Assembly (NCBI RefSeq): GCF_001194135.2
Contig: NC_068987.1
Location: 107,580,004 to 107,644,003 of the forward strand
From: Octopus bimaculoides
Lineage: Eukaryota
Length of the DNA: 64,000 bases
Direction: 5' to 3'
Below the pieces are notes generated by a model. It was not told the DNA's origin, did no database searches, and was given only the letters and a program-made list of their open reading frames with translations. Position numbers and translations under genes: made by a program. Positions 1 to 14,000 of this stretch are shown here, one piece after another; position 1 is the stretch's first letter, and every line of letters starts with the position of its first letter.

Positions 1-423
1 ATATATATATTACTATATCTAGAAGAGATAGACTTTGCGTACGCATATATCTTCTCTTCAGTGTCTGTGCTTAATTATGAATGTATGTGCATAAATTTAA
101 TATAGCTGCACAGATTCATGCATACACAAGTATCCGAATTTACATCAATGGAATATGCATGCAAGTATGAACTTGTGCGTATAGGCAGACAGACAGATTA
201 ATATAGAAGCAAACGTGTGTGTGAGTTTGTTTATGCGTGTGTTTGTTTGTATGTGGGTGTGTGTGTGTGGAAAACTATATAGTTTTGCATTGATCTGTTC
301 TGACCGTTTTTAGCAAATTTTTAATGAGTTTCTGAACGGACTTAAAGTACGCGTATTATAATATACGTTACATATATCAATAATGTTTATATCAAAACTT
401 TACATATAATTTATATGTGCATA

Positions 424-432
424 TGTATATAT

Positions 433-518
<86 letters not shown>

Positions 519-570
519 AATATACATGTATGTATATATATATATGTGTGTGTGCGTGTCTGTTTGTGTA

Positions 571-603
<33 letters not shown>

Positions 604-605
604 AT
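424..605. repeat. Compound (TA)n/(TG)n microsatellite
   Basis: Direct reading; source of the YIYI/CVCV ORFs in the track. Confidence 0.95.
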
Positions 606-1707
606 ACAGGCATGTTTATAGAAAGCGTTAGCTATCAACAAATTGACACAGAAATTCACGTTAAATTTATTGCAATTCTAACTAACAATGTCACATTTTT
701 TTCGCCTTCCATTACTTCTCCTTACCTCTTAACAAACCAAACATAAGCACACACACAAACACACACACACACACACACATGCACGCCCACACTTTCATAT
801 TCCAATGTCAATTTGTAAATATGCATTTATTTTTTTCTATATGAAAACAGATTTTATTATTTCATTTCAACATATACTTATAACACATGCATCATGCGTT
901 TCGTGTATAAATATGTGTATATATGCATATATGTATGTGTGTTTATTTTGCGTGTGTGTTTGTGTGGATGTGTGTGTGCTTGTGTGTATGAAAGAAACCC
1001 TTTTCTCTTATGCGAACCAGACTTGTTTGTATGTATTATCATTCCTCCAATTGCATTTGGTTTCTTCGAATTTCGCAGTACATATAGAAACTCCGACCCC
1101 TAGGTCACGCCATTTCCAGATATATTACTCCATACTAATGCATCACCTGTATCGTGACACTTTCGCTCCGGAGATTATATATGATGTCTCTTAGCTTGCG
1201 TCTAACACAGGAACTGCCCCAGTCACCTCCAGAGGGATAAATAGCGCATTTTTTCAAAACTTACACGCCTTTTAATCTTAATTCACATCACTTTTTCTAA
1301 CCTGTCATTTTTACCTACTTCCTGCTGCGTAATTATAACCTCTCTTCCCTTCTACACAACTTGCACATACATACATTACAAACACCTAACTACGGTTACC
1401 ATCAACAACACAATCAAGCATACATACATTTCTTTTCACTTTATATCTTCATTCTAGATACACCTACACTCTCATATTTACACTGATATATTGTCTTACA
1501 CGTACCTACACACATCTACACTAACCGCAAAAACAAACTTACATACACAGACACACAATCACACTTACTCATGCATATATCTCCAGAACATTACTTCTTG
1601 TTATATGTGAGGTGCAACTTTGAATCACTCATTTCTCTATCCGTCTTCCAGTCGCTCTTCTGATTCATCTGTGATTCTATGTCGAAGAGTGTTAATTATA
1701 AAATATA

Positions 1708-1998
1708 TTGTTGTTGGCACTCCGTCCCTTACGACGTCGAGGGTTCCAGTTGATCCGAACAGTGGAACAGCCTGCTCGAGAAATTAACGTGCAAGTGGCT
1801 GAGCACTCCACAGACACGTGTACCCTTAACGTAGTTCTCGGGGATATTCAGCGTGACACAGTGTGACAAGGCTGACCCTTTGAATTACAGGCACAACAGA
1901 AACAGGAAGTAAGAGTGAGAGAAAGTTGTGGTGGAAGACTACAGCAGGATCTATCACCATCCCCTGCCGTAGCCTCGTGAAACTTTAGGTGTTTTCGC
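1708..1998 (-). mobile_element. 5'-truncated octopus-type SINE (family C), body and tail
   Basis: Minus strand reads ...GCGAAAACACCTAAAG...GAGAACTACGTTAAGGGTACACGTGTCTGTGGAGTGCTCAGCCACTTGCACGTTAATTTC...TCAACTGGAACCCTCGACGTCGTAAGGGACGGAGTGCCAACAACAA, which I recognise as an abundant octopus SINE; tRNA head absent. Confidence 0.7.
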
Positions 1999-2754
1999 AA
2001 CACTTTAGTTGAAAAATTCGCAAAGACTGAAACCAGCACTAAAATATTCTTCATGATCAAATTAGTTTAGCNNNNNNNNNNNNNNNNNNNNNNNNNNNNN
2101 NNNNNNNNNNNNNNNNNNNNNNNNNNNNNNNNNNNNNNNNNNNNNNNNNNNNNNNNNNNNNNNNNNNNNNNNNNNNNNNNNNNNNNNNNNNNNNNNNNNN
2201 NNNNNNNNNNNNNNNNNNNNNNNNNNNNNNNNNNNNNNNNNNNNNNNNNNNNNNNNNNNNNNNNNNNNNNNNNNNNNNNNNNNNNNNNNNNNNNNNNNNN
2301 NNNNNNNNNNNNNNNNNNNNNNNNNNNNNNNNNNNNNNNNNNNNNNNNNNNNNNNNNNNNNNNNNNNNNNNNNNNNNNNNNNNNNNNNNNNNNNNNNNNN
2401 NNNNNNNNNNNNNNNNNNNNNNNNNNNNNNNNNNNNNNNNNNNNNNNNNNATATATAGTGAAGTATATTTGCCATTTAAATGTGGCTGACCCCTAAGGGT
2501 GGATGTTACTGTTGCTTTTAGCCCCAGGAGAACATCTCCTCCAGCTGGCTTATCGACACATATCTGTGTCCTGTCTATTTTTGCCAAGGGAAGTTATCCC
2601 TCCCATCTTGATCTGCGATACGTACGGACCCGAGTTTCAGGGTTATTTCCCTTCTCAGCGTACTATAATCGGAGACCTTCGATCAGAATGACAATCCCTT
2701 GGCAAAATATAAGTCTTTTTCCAGTACCACAGTGTGAATCAGAACATCAGGTGC

Positions 2755-2965
2755 TTATTGCTTATTATACATGGCTGGTGACAATGCACTTACATTTCTG
2801 TCTTGATTGTGAAATCCTTTTTTTTTACTTGACACAAATCTTCTAACCAAATCATTTTTCCATTCCTGCAAATGTCCTTTGCCGATATCTTTGAAGCCAC
2901 CCAATATCTGTACGTGTGTAACTATTGTCTGGGAATCTTGCAACATATCCGATCCAGCGGAACTT
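2755..2965 (-). pseudogene. RTE-clade LINE, C-terminal ORF fragment (frameshifted)
   Basis: Minus-strand translation KFRWIGYVARFPDNS...WLQRYRQR / WKNDLVRRF...QDR matches the RTE C-terminal pattern K.RW.GHVAR..DNRW...W.PR...R..GRP..RW.DD...QDR. Confidence 0.7.
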
Positions 2966-3584
2966 ATATATGTATATATATATATATATATATNNNNNNN
3001 NNNNNNNNNNNNNNNNNNNNNNNNNNNNNNNNNNNNNNNNNNNNNNNNNNNNNNNNNNNNNNNNNNNNNNNNNNNNNNNNNNNNNNNNNNNNNNNNNNNN
3101 NNNNNNNNNNNNNNNNNNNNNNNNNNNNNNNNNNNNNNNNNNNNNNNNNNNNNNNNNNNNNNNNNNNNNNNNNNNNNNNNNNNNNNNNNNNNNNNNNNNN
3201 NNNNNNNNNNNNNNNNNNNNNNNNNNNNNNNNNNNNNNNNNNNNNNNNNNNNNNNNNNNNNNNNNNNNNNNNNNNNNNNNNNNNNNNNNNNNNNNNNNNN
3301 NNNNNNNNNNNNNNNNNNNNNNNNNNNNNNNNNNNNNNNNNNNNNNNACAGGAAGGGCTGCTAATCCTAAACGAGGTTGTGGTGGCGAAGGCGTAAATCA
3401 AGCTAGGGAGGGAGACAAACAAGAACACGTCTTCCTTGTTCCAGCTACAATGCAGAGAAAGAAAGACAGATGGCCAATGGTCGTGTGGAAGCCACGAGAG
3501 TTCATTATCTCTCCCTAACTCCTCCTCTCTCTCTCACGTGACTCCCACGTGACCATCGACCATCTTTCTTTCTCTCGTTATGTA

Positions 3585-3778
3585 CATATATATATATATA
3601 TACGTATAGATGTAAGTATGTACATATACGTATGTATATATGCATATATATATATTATTTATATTATATATATATACACATTCATACATACATGCACACA
3701 CACATACATACACATATATGCATGTACATATATCATATATATGTATCTATGTATACAGAGAAACACACACACATATAG

Positions 3779-3821
<43 letters not shown>

Positions 3822-3823
3822 TA

Positions 3824-3883
<60 letters not shown>

Positions 3884-4033
3884 TATACATATCTACTCAC
3901 ACACAAACACAAGAATAATGCCACGCACACATACGTATACATATAGAAGAGCGCTTTTGCATCAGTGCAGATATGTTGATGCATTAGTAGTGTGTACGTT
4001 GCTATTGGCATTTTCAATCATTGGCATCATTTG

Positions 4034-4069
<36 letters not shown>

Positions 4070-4445
4070 TTTACTCTATTTCTCTCTACCTCGCTCTCTC
4101 TCTTCCTCGCCGGCTGTCTTTCTCTCTCCCTCTGTCCTTCTCTCTGTTTGTCTGTTTCTGTCTCCGTCTCTCTCTCTCTTTCTCTTTCTCTCTCTTGCTC
4201 TCTCTCTCTCTCTCCCTCTCCCTCCCTCCCTCTCTCTTCCTTTCTCCATACTTCTATTTTCACACTTTATTTTTGCTGAATATTTCTGTCAACTGCTATT
4301 TTCTCTCACACAGAATCACGATGCACGCACACACACTCGCGCGCGCACACATCCATGTACATACATACTTATATACGCATATCCACATAGAAGTATATAT
4401 ACATATATATATATATGTGTACATATAACTATATGCATATGCATG

Positions 4446-4504
<59 letters not shown>

Positions 4505-4600
4505 TTATATACATATGTTTATATTTACATACATATATATACACACACATATATACACATATATTTAAATATATGTATGTATATATATGCATACACGATT
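3585..4600. repeat. Compound (TA)n,(CA)n,(CT)n,(TG)n microsatellite block
   Basis: Direct reading. Confidence 0.9.
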
Positions 4601-7600
4601 GCGTAGAGTCTAATCAGTATGCAATGGAACACCTGTTCCTCCATATATTTGCAAAACATAGTCAACACATACATACAAGCACACGCACACATACACACAC
4701 ACAAATACGCCCGCACGAACACAGATACACGCATAACATCCAAGACTGCACTCGTACGTCTCGTATGATGATTTAAGCAGGAAATATAATATAATTCCAG
4801 TCTTTGTCTTGAATATTCATTGCGGCGGCTCATTTCAATTTTTTTTTGTCTTTTATTTTATAAATTTACTTTCGCATTTTCCTTTCATTTAATCGTTATA
4901 AATATATCAGAGTAAATGTAAAAATCTTAATTTAATCTCTCTAATTTCTTCAACTTTTATTTCAACTTTACACTCCACTGATTTCAATTTATTAAGTTCC
5001 TCGAAATACTGTAAAATTATATACGTTCTGACGAAAAAGACTTTTTTAGTTTTAATTTTATTTTTCTTGAAAGTTTTGCAGATCTCAGTGATGTCGGTAT
5101 ATTTATATATCAACAGGTTTTTGTTGTTGCCGTTATTGGTGTTTTATTTTTACTTGTTGTGTTTGGATGGTGTTGGATGGTATAGTTCTGATTATGATGG
5201 CGTTGATATTCGTAGAAATACTAGTTGGCATATTGGTCAACTGCCAGAGGTTCATTGTAGCAATTTATGTTGTTGTTGCTGGTGTTTACCGCCCACGTGA
5301 ACGCTGATTCAACGCACTTTGAATGAAAAATTGCTCTACCCAACATCTTCCTACATTTTTTTGCATATATACAACGACCCCAGGACAACATTATCCAGAG
5401 TGTGACTTCGTTTTTGTGTACTTTGAGACGCGGGTGTGTGGTTTGAGCAGTGGCGGCTCGTGTATAGGCTCTGCGGAATTGCCTCACCCGCTACAACACC
5501 TCGATATTATTGATAACATTCAGTATAGTGAGTCCTTTTTTCTTTAATTCTTTCTTTATAATTGCACATTATATTATCCTTAAGCTTAATGTCAGTAGCC
5601 ATTCCCTAATTTATGAACAAAATGCAAACATCCTTGTATAGAACTATGGGCTTCACAGTATTTCGAGGAACTTAATAAATTGAAATCAGTCGTGCTCATG
5701 CTTACATGTCCGAAAGAGGAAGCTACACGCTAGGGAGAATGAGAGCACTGTCATTCACGCAGTGCCGACCCTGGTGCACTGGTGAAATGTAGTGTGTATT
5801 GTACTTCAGAACCCGTTTATATTTTTGAATGTGATATAGTCTAGAATTAGATTATTATCCCGCTTCTAGCTATAGTGTTGCTGCCAGGATTGCAAAAAAT
5901 AGAGCATATCCCCCCCCCCCACACACACACACCAAGACACCTTAGTTTGTGACTTAGGGTGATTTTTAAAAACAACGGAGATTTCGCGGCGGTGTTCAGT
6001 GAACAAATTAAACAAACTACTTTGCAGTCAATAAAACGCAAACCGATGAGGTTTATGTATAAATATTCTTTTTATATGTTTGTTTCCTTTTACACAATAT
6101 TAAAACGGTTAAAAATTTTCTGAAGCAACACCCCAACTAATTTTATCGACGAGCTGTCATTGGGTTTGAGGGAGGTTATTCCGCCACTTCTAGCAGAGCG
6201 ATCAACTACGTAGATGATTGCTTGTTGTCTTTTTTGATGGTAGTCTTTAAATCTTTCTTTGATTGGCTGTTGTAATTTTGTTGACTTTTCAATGTTAACC
6301 GCAATGATTACTCCGTTAGTTTTAGTGTTGATGGCGCCAGGAAGATGATGTTCGTAATAAAAGAACTTTTACAATGCTCTTATAGATTATATGATATACA
6401 TATAGTTGTGTTGAGGTAAATATAACGTCACTGTTCAGGATGGCGTTCGTGATTGTGGTAATAGTGCTGGTGGGGGCCGAAGAAGCGTTGATGCTAATAT
6501 TAGTGTTCTGTTTATGCTTATACTGGTATATACTTAAATAGATAATTAGTGCTATTATTAGCTTTTGTGGTTATACATACATACATACATACATACACAC
6601 ATGCAAACATACATACGTACATACATACATACATGCATACATAATACATACATACATACATACATACATATATGCATACATATATAGTGCTGTTGAGTTG
6701 GGTGCAACCTTGGTATTGATGGCTATGTTGTTGGTTTAGAAGCGGTTTCGTTGATGTTGGTGTTTATGTTGTTGACGGCCATGTTATTTTGTTGTAGCGT
6801 ACTCTGTGATGGTGGTGGTGATGGTGGTGGTGTTAATAGAGTTACATTGGTGTTGGGGTAGATGTGCTGAGTGATGTTCGTGTTGGTGGTGTCGGCAGCA
6901 GTGTTATATTACCTTCGAGTGAGGTGTTGTCTTGCTGTAACTATCGGTAACGTCGACAGACATGTCATGCTATTCGTCATTTCGTTGATTACTTGATAGT
7001 GTTGCTCGTTGATAGTGTCCATAAAATTTTTGTGCAAGACGCTGAATTTCAGGATAAAACTGTAATATTTATTGTATCGTTCGATGAAGAAGAATTGGGC
7101 TTTGAGAATGAGGAATGCTTCGTTTGCTGCTTTACAATCATGAAGAGCATGACCAGAGGATGTATTCGAAATATCAACCAAGCTCGCTTAAAGCCAAATT
7201 ACACACTGAAGTCTCAAACAAGACTTAGATAACGTAGTGTCTGATACGCAAAATAAATAGGATGATCATGACAGGAGCTCGTTGAATAATTTGTATCTGT
7301 GGAACACATAAAATACGATACTTTCGGTCTGTAATTAGAGGTATACACTTTCAGTTGGGAAAAAGGAATTAAACGACTGCAACGTAATATAATGATTTTC
7401 TCGGGATAAACAATTGGTAAACACAGCGTGAATATAGAGACAACATTCTGAAAAGGTCTACAAAATGGGATTGCTTAAATCAAAACTGATTGGACATCCT
7501 TTGTGATGCAGAATCTTGCGGCAATCTGAATATTACATGGGGGAAGGTGCAGACCTACGTAAACGATACTAAAGTAGGCTTTCGTAAACGACTGCCTCTC

Positions 7601-7945
7601 TATATGTGGAATATATGCAATCCGTAAAGAGGTTCTTCGATTGTCCGCCTACTTCCTGGTGGGTAAGAGAAAAATATGAAGGAAGAGGAAATGGATTGTA
7701 TGCACACACTATGTAAACCAGTAACTAGTTCAACCTAAGGCCTTTGTATGGAATCCGCAAAGAAGCAGATATGAGGTCAGCTTTTCATAGATTTGAGCAT
7801 TGCAGGTAGATGCCAGAGATTCGGTCCACCTCGGGTGAACAAGAGAACATAACAGATCAGAAAAGGATGGAGAATAATTATTAACGGCCAATATCTCAGT
7901 AAGGTAAAGAGAAAAGACATTGGTTGTGTGATTCACGGATAAGTA

Positions 7946-8154
7946 TACTCTTTTACTTGTTTACTTGTTTCAGAGATTTGACTGCGGCCATGGTGGAGCA
8001 CCGCCTTTAGTCGAGCAAATCGACTCCGAGATTTATTCTTTGTAAGCCTAGTACTTATTATATCGGTTACTTTTTCCGAACGCTAATGTTACGGGGACAT
8101 AAACACACCAGCATCCGTGGTTAAGCAATGTTGGGTGGGACAAACAAAGACAGA

Positions 8155-8243
<89 letters not shown>

Positions 8244-8435
8244 AACCACACACATACATATATATACGCATATTTACGACGGGCTTCTTTCAGTTTCTGT
8301 CTACCAAATCCACTCACAAGGCTTTGGTGAACCCCGAGGCTATAGTAGAAGACACTTGCCCAAGATGCCACGCAGTTGGACTGAACCCGGAATCATGTGG
8401 TTAGTAAGCAATCGACTTACCACACAGCCACTCCT
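7946..8435 (-). mobile_element. Near full-length tRNA-derived SINE, family A (CORE-like), with internal (TG)n
   Basis: Minus strand: head AGGAGTGGCTGTGTGGTAAG (A box), CCGGGTTCAGTCC (B box), GGCATCTTGGGCAAG (CORE-like), internal microsatellite, tail GGCGGTGCTCCACCATGGCCGCAGTCAAAT...AAACAAGTAAAAGAG; homologous to many other copies in the window. Confidence 0.85.
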
Positions 8436-9809
8436 ACGACTGAGTATACTGAATATTTTCTTTTTCAATACCTGACACTTGTCTTTAGTGCCACTAAATA
8501 TTTCAGCCACCACCAATTATCAAAACTCGACAAAGGTGAGGTAGGGACCTGAAAGTGAGTAGTGTCTCTGGAGCTGTATCCACATTACATGCTTAATATC
8601 GTGAAAAAAAAAAAGACCTCTAAACTGATTGAAATGAAGTCTCTCTCAGTCATATATTACGTTTTCCTTCAGCTATTCCACTAACCTGTGTGAAACTAAG
8701 CATTTAAATCACTTTCATTGTAGACTGTTTCAACTGTTCCTTTTTTTCATTTTCCATTTCTTCTTCCTCATGAAACGGCGAGGTTAAGTTGCTGGCTGTG
8801 ATGGTAGATTATCTGTTTGCTATCTTCTGAAAACGTCTGCCATTTCAGGGACCAAGACAGAAGATGTTCCAGAGGCTGAGGCATGAAGCTCTCTGCCACC
8901 TTCACTTCTTTTGCAATTTTGCAGGTTTTTATGGCAAAGTGCCGTAAAAATCTCTTGCTGCAACTATCTTACAAGATATACCCTTCGTATAAATGCACCC
9001 TGAATACCACACTCTCGGTATAACTAACTAGTTTTTCGAGGTTCATTGTAAATCAGACTTGGTCCTCAGCAACTACATGTTCACTCTTGTGACCTCTTTA
9101 AAAATACCTGCCGACTAAGAATACAAATATGACCGCGAACCATGAGTCAATATTATTGCCGAAATCTCTGATAGTCACATTCGTGTTAATTTGGTCAAGA
9201 CGTTGTAACAGAAATGCCAAAGCGAGTGTGAATTCACATTCATTTTTTCTTTGTTGTGTTGTGTCCTGAGTTTTATATTCCAGACAGACTATCCGTTGAG
9301 TAACAAATATTTTTTTCCACCCGCTCTTACAGAAAGCATCTTCAGTTTACTGTTTGAGGGCAAATCAAAGCTGCTGCCATATTTTAATTCGGATAAATAT
9401 GTGAGTATGCCCCTCGACAGTTCATCGATGAATTCATGAGGCAACGAGAGGCAGAATCGTTTGTCATAATTCTGCTAGACTACTTGTTTTTATGCAATTT
9501 TGTCATGTCCAATTTTTCTGTTAAACAAGCACCGTAGGCCAAACTGTCACTTTCAGACATGTTTCGGTTTATATTTTCATCCAGTGTACGTCTGCCAAAG
9601 AAATCGATGTCATCATCATCGTCGTTGTTGTTTTTGTTGTTTTTCAACATAACGTTCATATTTATGTTTCAGTGTTGATAAAGTCCGGACAAAAATATTT
9701 TTTCTCAATTCGGCTGCAAATCGTTTCTGTTCATTCTGATCTATTCATCTTAATTTTTTGCCCATATATCACACACCCACTCACCCGTACACCATTGCTG
9801 CGTGTATGA

Positions 9810-10095
9810 AAACGAAGCCTGTTTCCTAAACACATAGTTCCAGGTTCAGTCTCACTGCGAGGCGCTATTGTCACCTTTTTACTACCACAGCTCTAGGCCA
9901 CCCAAAGTTTTGCGGGTGGATTTGATAGACAGAAATGTTAAGAAACCCGTCGTATATGTGTATATATATACAGGGTTCGACAGAAATGTTGCCCCGATTT
10001 CAATGGTTAATAAAAAACAAACACATGAAGATTCAGCAACAAACGCTGCTCTCCAGTCCAGGCCATGGCGGAAACGACTGAAAATAAAATTAAAA
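9810..10095 (+). mobile_element. Degenerate, internally deleted family A SINE
   Basis: CCAGGTTCAGTCTCACTGCGAGGC...GGATTTGATAGACAGAAATG...CCCGTCGTATA and 3' GCCATGGCGGAAACGACTGAAA align to the 7946-8435 copy. Confidence 0.65.
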
Positions 10096-10206
10096 ATGGC
10101 ATTTAATGAACTTAATAGAAATACAAAGCTTTTTCATGAATCTTCATGTTTGTTTTAATTAACCTCTGCAATCGATGCAGCCTTTCTGCTGCACTCTGTA
10201 TACATT

Positions 10207-10247
<41 letters not shown>

Positions 10248-10281
10248 AGTGAGTGTGTATGTGTGTGTGTGTGAGGAGTGA

Positions 10282-10317
<36 letters not shown>

Positions 10318-12079
10318 TTGTGTGTGTGAATGATTGCATCTTATTTATATATATAGCCTTGTTAATGCACCCAAACAAGGTTCATTTAAAGAATCTCAAA
10401 TGAAGAGTCGTCGAAATGTGTTGCAAAATTTGACTGTGCTGCTAAAAAATTGAATTTAGAGAAAGCGCGTCAACTACTTTTGCCCTTTTTCTTTTCGCAA
10501 AACCTTGGCAATTGGATGGTTTTTTGTGTGAATCCGTATAGTCTATGGCATCTATGATCATGGGTCGAGTTGCAAATCAATAACCAGAATACAAGAGCTG
10601 TGACGTAAGCATTTGTTTACCACAAATGTTCTGTGTTCCTCGAAATTTTGATGGTATATTTACATCTGCCAGTTTGAAAGCCTCTACAGTACTGCACAAC
10701 TGTTATACCCTGTCCCATAAAGCAACATCGAGTGTTGTTTTCGCAATGGATTGCTGTTTTTAGTGGAATATTTCTGATGTAAATACGTTATAGCTTCAAC
10801 ATGCATTTCATATATTTATCAGGAGAATCCTTCCTTCTGATAGCGTTGTAAATAGTTTAGCAACTACATCATATCTCTAGTATAGATCATCAGCTGCCAC
10901 AAATGTCTTACAAACACTGGCATAGTACAACGTATATTTTGTATCACAAGATATACCTTCGGTGGCAGCTTTGTGTCTCTTGCTTATCGGATACTTAGTA
11001 TTAATTTAGTAACTAATTTGTGTTCCTAGTTAGTGAACGTATATCCTTTCGGGTGGGGCACAATGTATTTATCACTGGCCAAGGAGGGACTACTCTTCCT
11101 GTCAATGATGCGGTTGTATTCTAGTTTGGGGATATGTATTCAAGCATTTCTTTCTACTGGTACAATGAATGCTTCTCCTCCATGCTTCTCCTCTGAGCTT
11201 TCTTTGCATCGCATGAGACATTTGTGCACTCTGAGTACCTGCATAAGAGTTGTTCTCACTTTTGAGTACTCATATTTTTCTCTTTACTGTTAACACGCTT
11301 CTCTCTTTACTGTTATCCTGAGTAATACGATGCGACACTAAAAGGCCGGCTGAACTTATCTTACGCGTTGTAACCATCTCTACGTCTTACGTAGTCCATG
11401 TCGATGCGAATATTACCATTCGTAGTCAGTATCTTTCTAGTTGGCAGATATCAACAAGCTGTTCTCTCTACTATTCCAAACGTTGGTACAAAAAATGGCA
11501 CAGCAGTCGAATTGAATGTAAGCAGTTTTGAGTTCCGTATTTCCAGAGCCTGTTGATGTGGACATTTTACACTAATAACCTACTATCAGGTATCTTTTAG
11601 GTGATATTCTTTTCGACAGTTTTCTTTTCACTATTAGCGGGAGAGGGTTTCACAGGTGATGACATATGTTATGGGAAAGACATTTACACAGTACTCATAT
11701 GGTAATTTCTTTAACCGAATAGAATCGTAGATTTTGTTGTTTATTTACATACCGCCAAAACGAATCAAGATACTCCTGGGGTGGAACATTAGTAACATTG
11801 ACAGTATGATCTATAATACTGTGTTATACAGATTTAGTGTTTCGGGCAATCTTATAGTTTATCATTTTGCGTTCATGTAATTTCTTACAGTAACAAAGTT
11901 TATCACGTACGTCTCGTAGAAAAGGTTTCAAGGCGATCTGTTTTCTGGTTGGTGTTTCTCGGCGGCGATTCGCATGCTGTCGTTTGGAGAATCTATCATA
12001 GCCTCAAACCTGGTGGTTCGTGAATTCAATTTCCAGTCTGTATTTCATGTTAGTGTCCAACTACTCAATAGTATTACTA

Positions 12080-12426
12080 TATGTATGCATGTATGTAAGT
12101 ATGTATGTATGTATGTATGTATGTATGTATCTATGTGAATATGTACGTATGTATGTATGTATATATGTATGTATATATGTATGTGTATGTATGTGAATAT
12201 GTACGTATGTATATAAGTAAGTAAGTATACATGTGTATTTGAAACTGTGTATGCTGTGTATGTTCATGTATAACGTATATCTATCTAGCTATCCATTTAT
12301 CTACCTCTCTTTCTCTCTATCTATCTACTTCTCTATCTTTCCCTCTCGCTCTCTCTCTCTCTCTCTCTGCCTGTCTCTCTCGCTATCTATCTATCCTATA
12401 TATATATTTATCTATCTGTGTATCTG

Positions 12427-12489
<63 letters not shown>

Positions 12490-12492
12490 CTA

Positions 12493-12535
<43 letters not shown>

Positions 12536-13170
12536 GCTTCTTATATAGTATCATATATATATACATACAAATACATACATGCCTACACATACTTATATGT
12601 TGTATATATGTATGTATATGCATATACATATGTACGTCCATCCAAACACATACATGTATAAGGAAACACTTGTACAAATAATCATACATTGTGTGTGTAT
12701 AATACTAACGCACATACACACACATAGAAAAATATACATCTAAACATGTATATGAGCAATTGTGTAACCTAGAGCATCATGTACGAACAACTGCTAATTT
12801 TGGAATAGTGAAAAAAAGATGACTATAATAAGAAATAATAATTAAATGAGAACTAAAAAGAAATTAACAACGAAATCACCAAAAACATTCCTAAATAGGA
12901 ATTATTGCTACCGGCAAGCAGTGTGGTAGTTAGAGATGCAGAGAGAAAAAGAGAGAGAGAAAGAACGAGAGCAAGAAAGAGGAAGAGAGAGAAAGCAAGA
13001 CAGAGGAAGAGAAAGAAAGAGAGGGACAGATGAGTTGGTGAAAAAGAGATTGTCGAGAGAGAAAACAATTTCTTTTAAATATGTATACTTGAAACCGAAG
13101 ACAAAAATTCATATATGTGTGTGCGTGTGTATGTCTGTGTGTGTGTGTGTATACTTGTGTGTGTGTATGC

Positions 13171-13213
<43 letters not shown>

Positions 13214-13223
13214 NNNNNNNNNN

Positions 13224-13314
<91 letters not shown>

Positions 13315-13430
13315 GTTCGTATATCAACCTTTCTATATATCTCCACATCTCTGTCTATATATTTATCTATCTGTCGATCTGTCTATCTCTAGTTATGTAT
13401 GTGTGTTCCTGTGTGTCTATATATATGTAT
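12080..13430. repeat. Mosaic of (TATG)n,(TATC)n,(CT)n,(GA)n,(TA)n,(TG)n microsatellites
   Basis: Direct reading; includes the 10-N gap at 13214-13223. Confidence 0.85.
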
Positions 13431-13904
13431 ACACAGCTAAACAAAACAACTTTAGAAAAAAGTACAAAAACAGCATAACAGCCACAGCAGATAATCTAAT
13501 TAGAATAAGAAGTGATAACTAGGATAGCAATTTTTAAATTTAGAACAAATAAAAATCCTAGGAAAATAACAGCTAAAAACACCGAGAATATCATCAAAGA
13601 CAAAAACCGATACACCTATCAGAGACTCTCTGAAATTATAGCATATATTTAAAAATAAAAATTGATAAGAATATTTGATTAAAATTTATATAGTTTCCAA
13701 ACAGAAGCAACAATAGCAATTTGAAAGCTAACAAAACATCAACATGGAAATTATTGTAGCTTTCGTCGCGTTGTCTTTGTTCGTTGTTTTGTTTTGCCGT
13801 TTTGTTGTCTATTTGCCGCAGGTATTGTCTTTTGAGACAGAACTGTGGTTAAAGCATTCGTAAACTCATATCCTCCGACGCTACTCTATCTCTTTCTCTT
13901 TCCT

Positions 13905-14000
13905 CCCCCCCCCCTCGTTCTTCCTCTGTACTACTACGTATCTCGCTTTACCCCTCTCGTTCTTCCTCTGTTACTACTACGTATATCTTTTTCCCCCTCG
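13905..14000. repeat. About 41-bp pyrimidine-rich minisatellite, 2+ units, running toward a gap
   Basis: CCCCTCGTTCTTCCTCTGTAACTACTACGTATCTC followed by CCCCTCTCGTTCTTCCTCTGTTACTACTACGTATATC. Confidence 0.7.

Noticed and set aside
2488-2560. HDV-like ribozyme (GGATGTT/AACATCT as P1)
   Set aside because: No P3/L3, no GG for P1.1 and no P2 closure in either orientation.
5448-5470. hAT-like terminus CAGTGGCGGCTCGTG
   Set aside because: No matching second end or 8-bp TSD found.
6909-7940. Non-repetitive stretch with short ORFs on both strands (e.g. 6993-7232)
   Set aside because: No recognisable motif and stops in all frames; possibly an old element but unsupported.
8700-11300. Possible decayed DNA-transposon coding sequence on the minus strand (8700-9150, 10400-11300)
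   Set aside because: Only vague resemblance in stop-riddled frames; needs BLASTx or HMM evidence.
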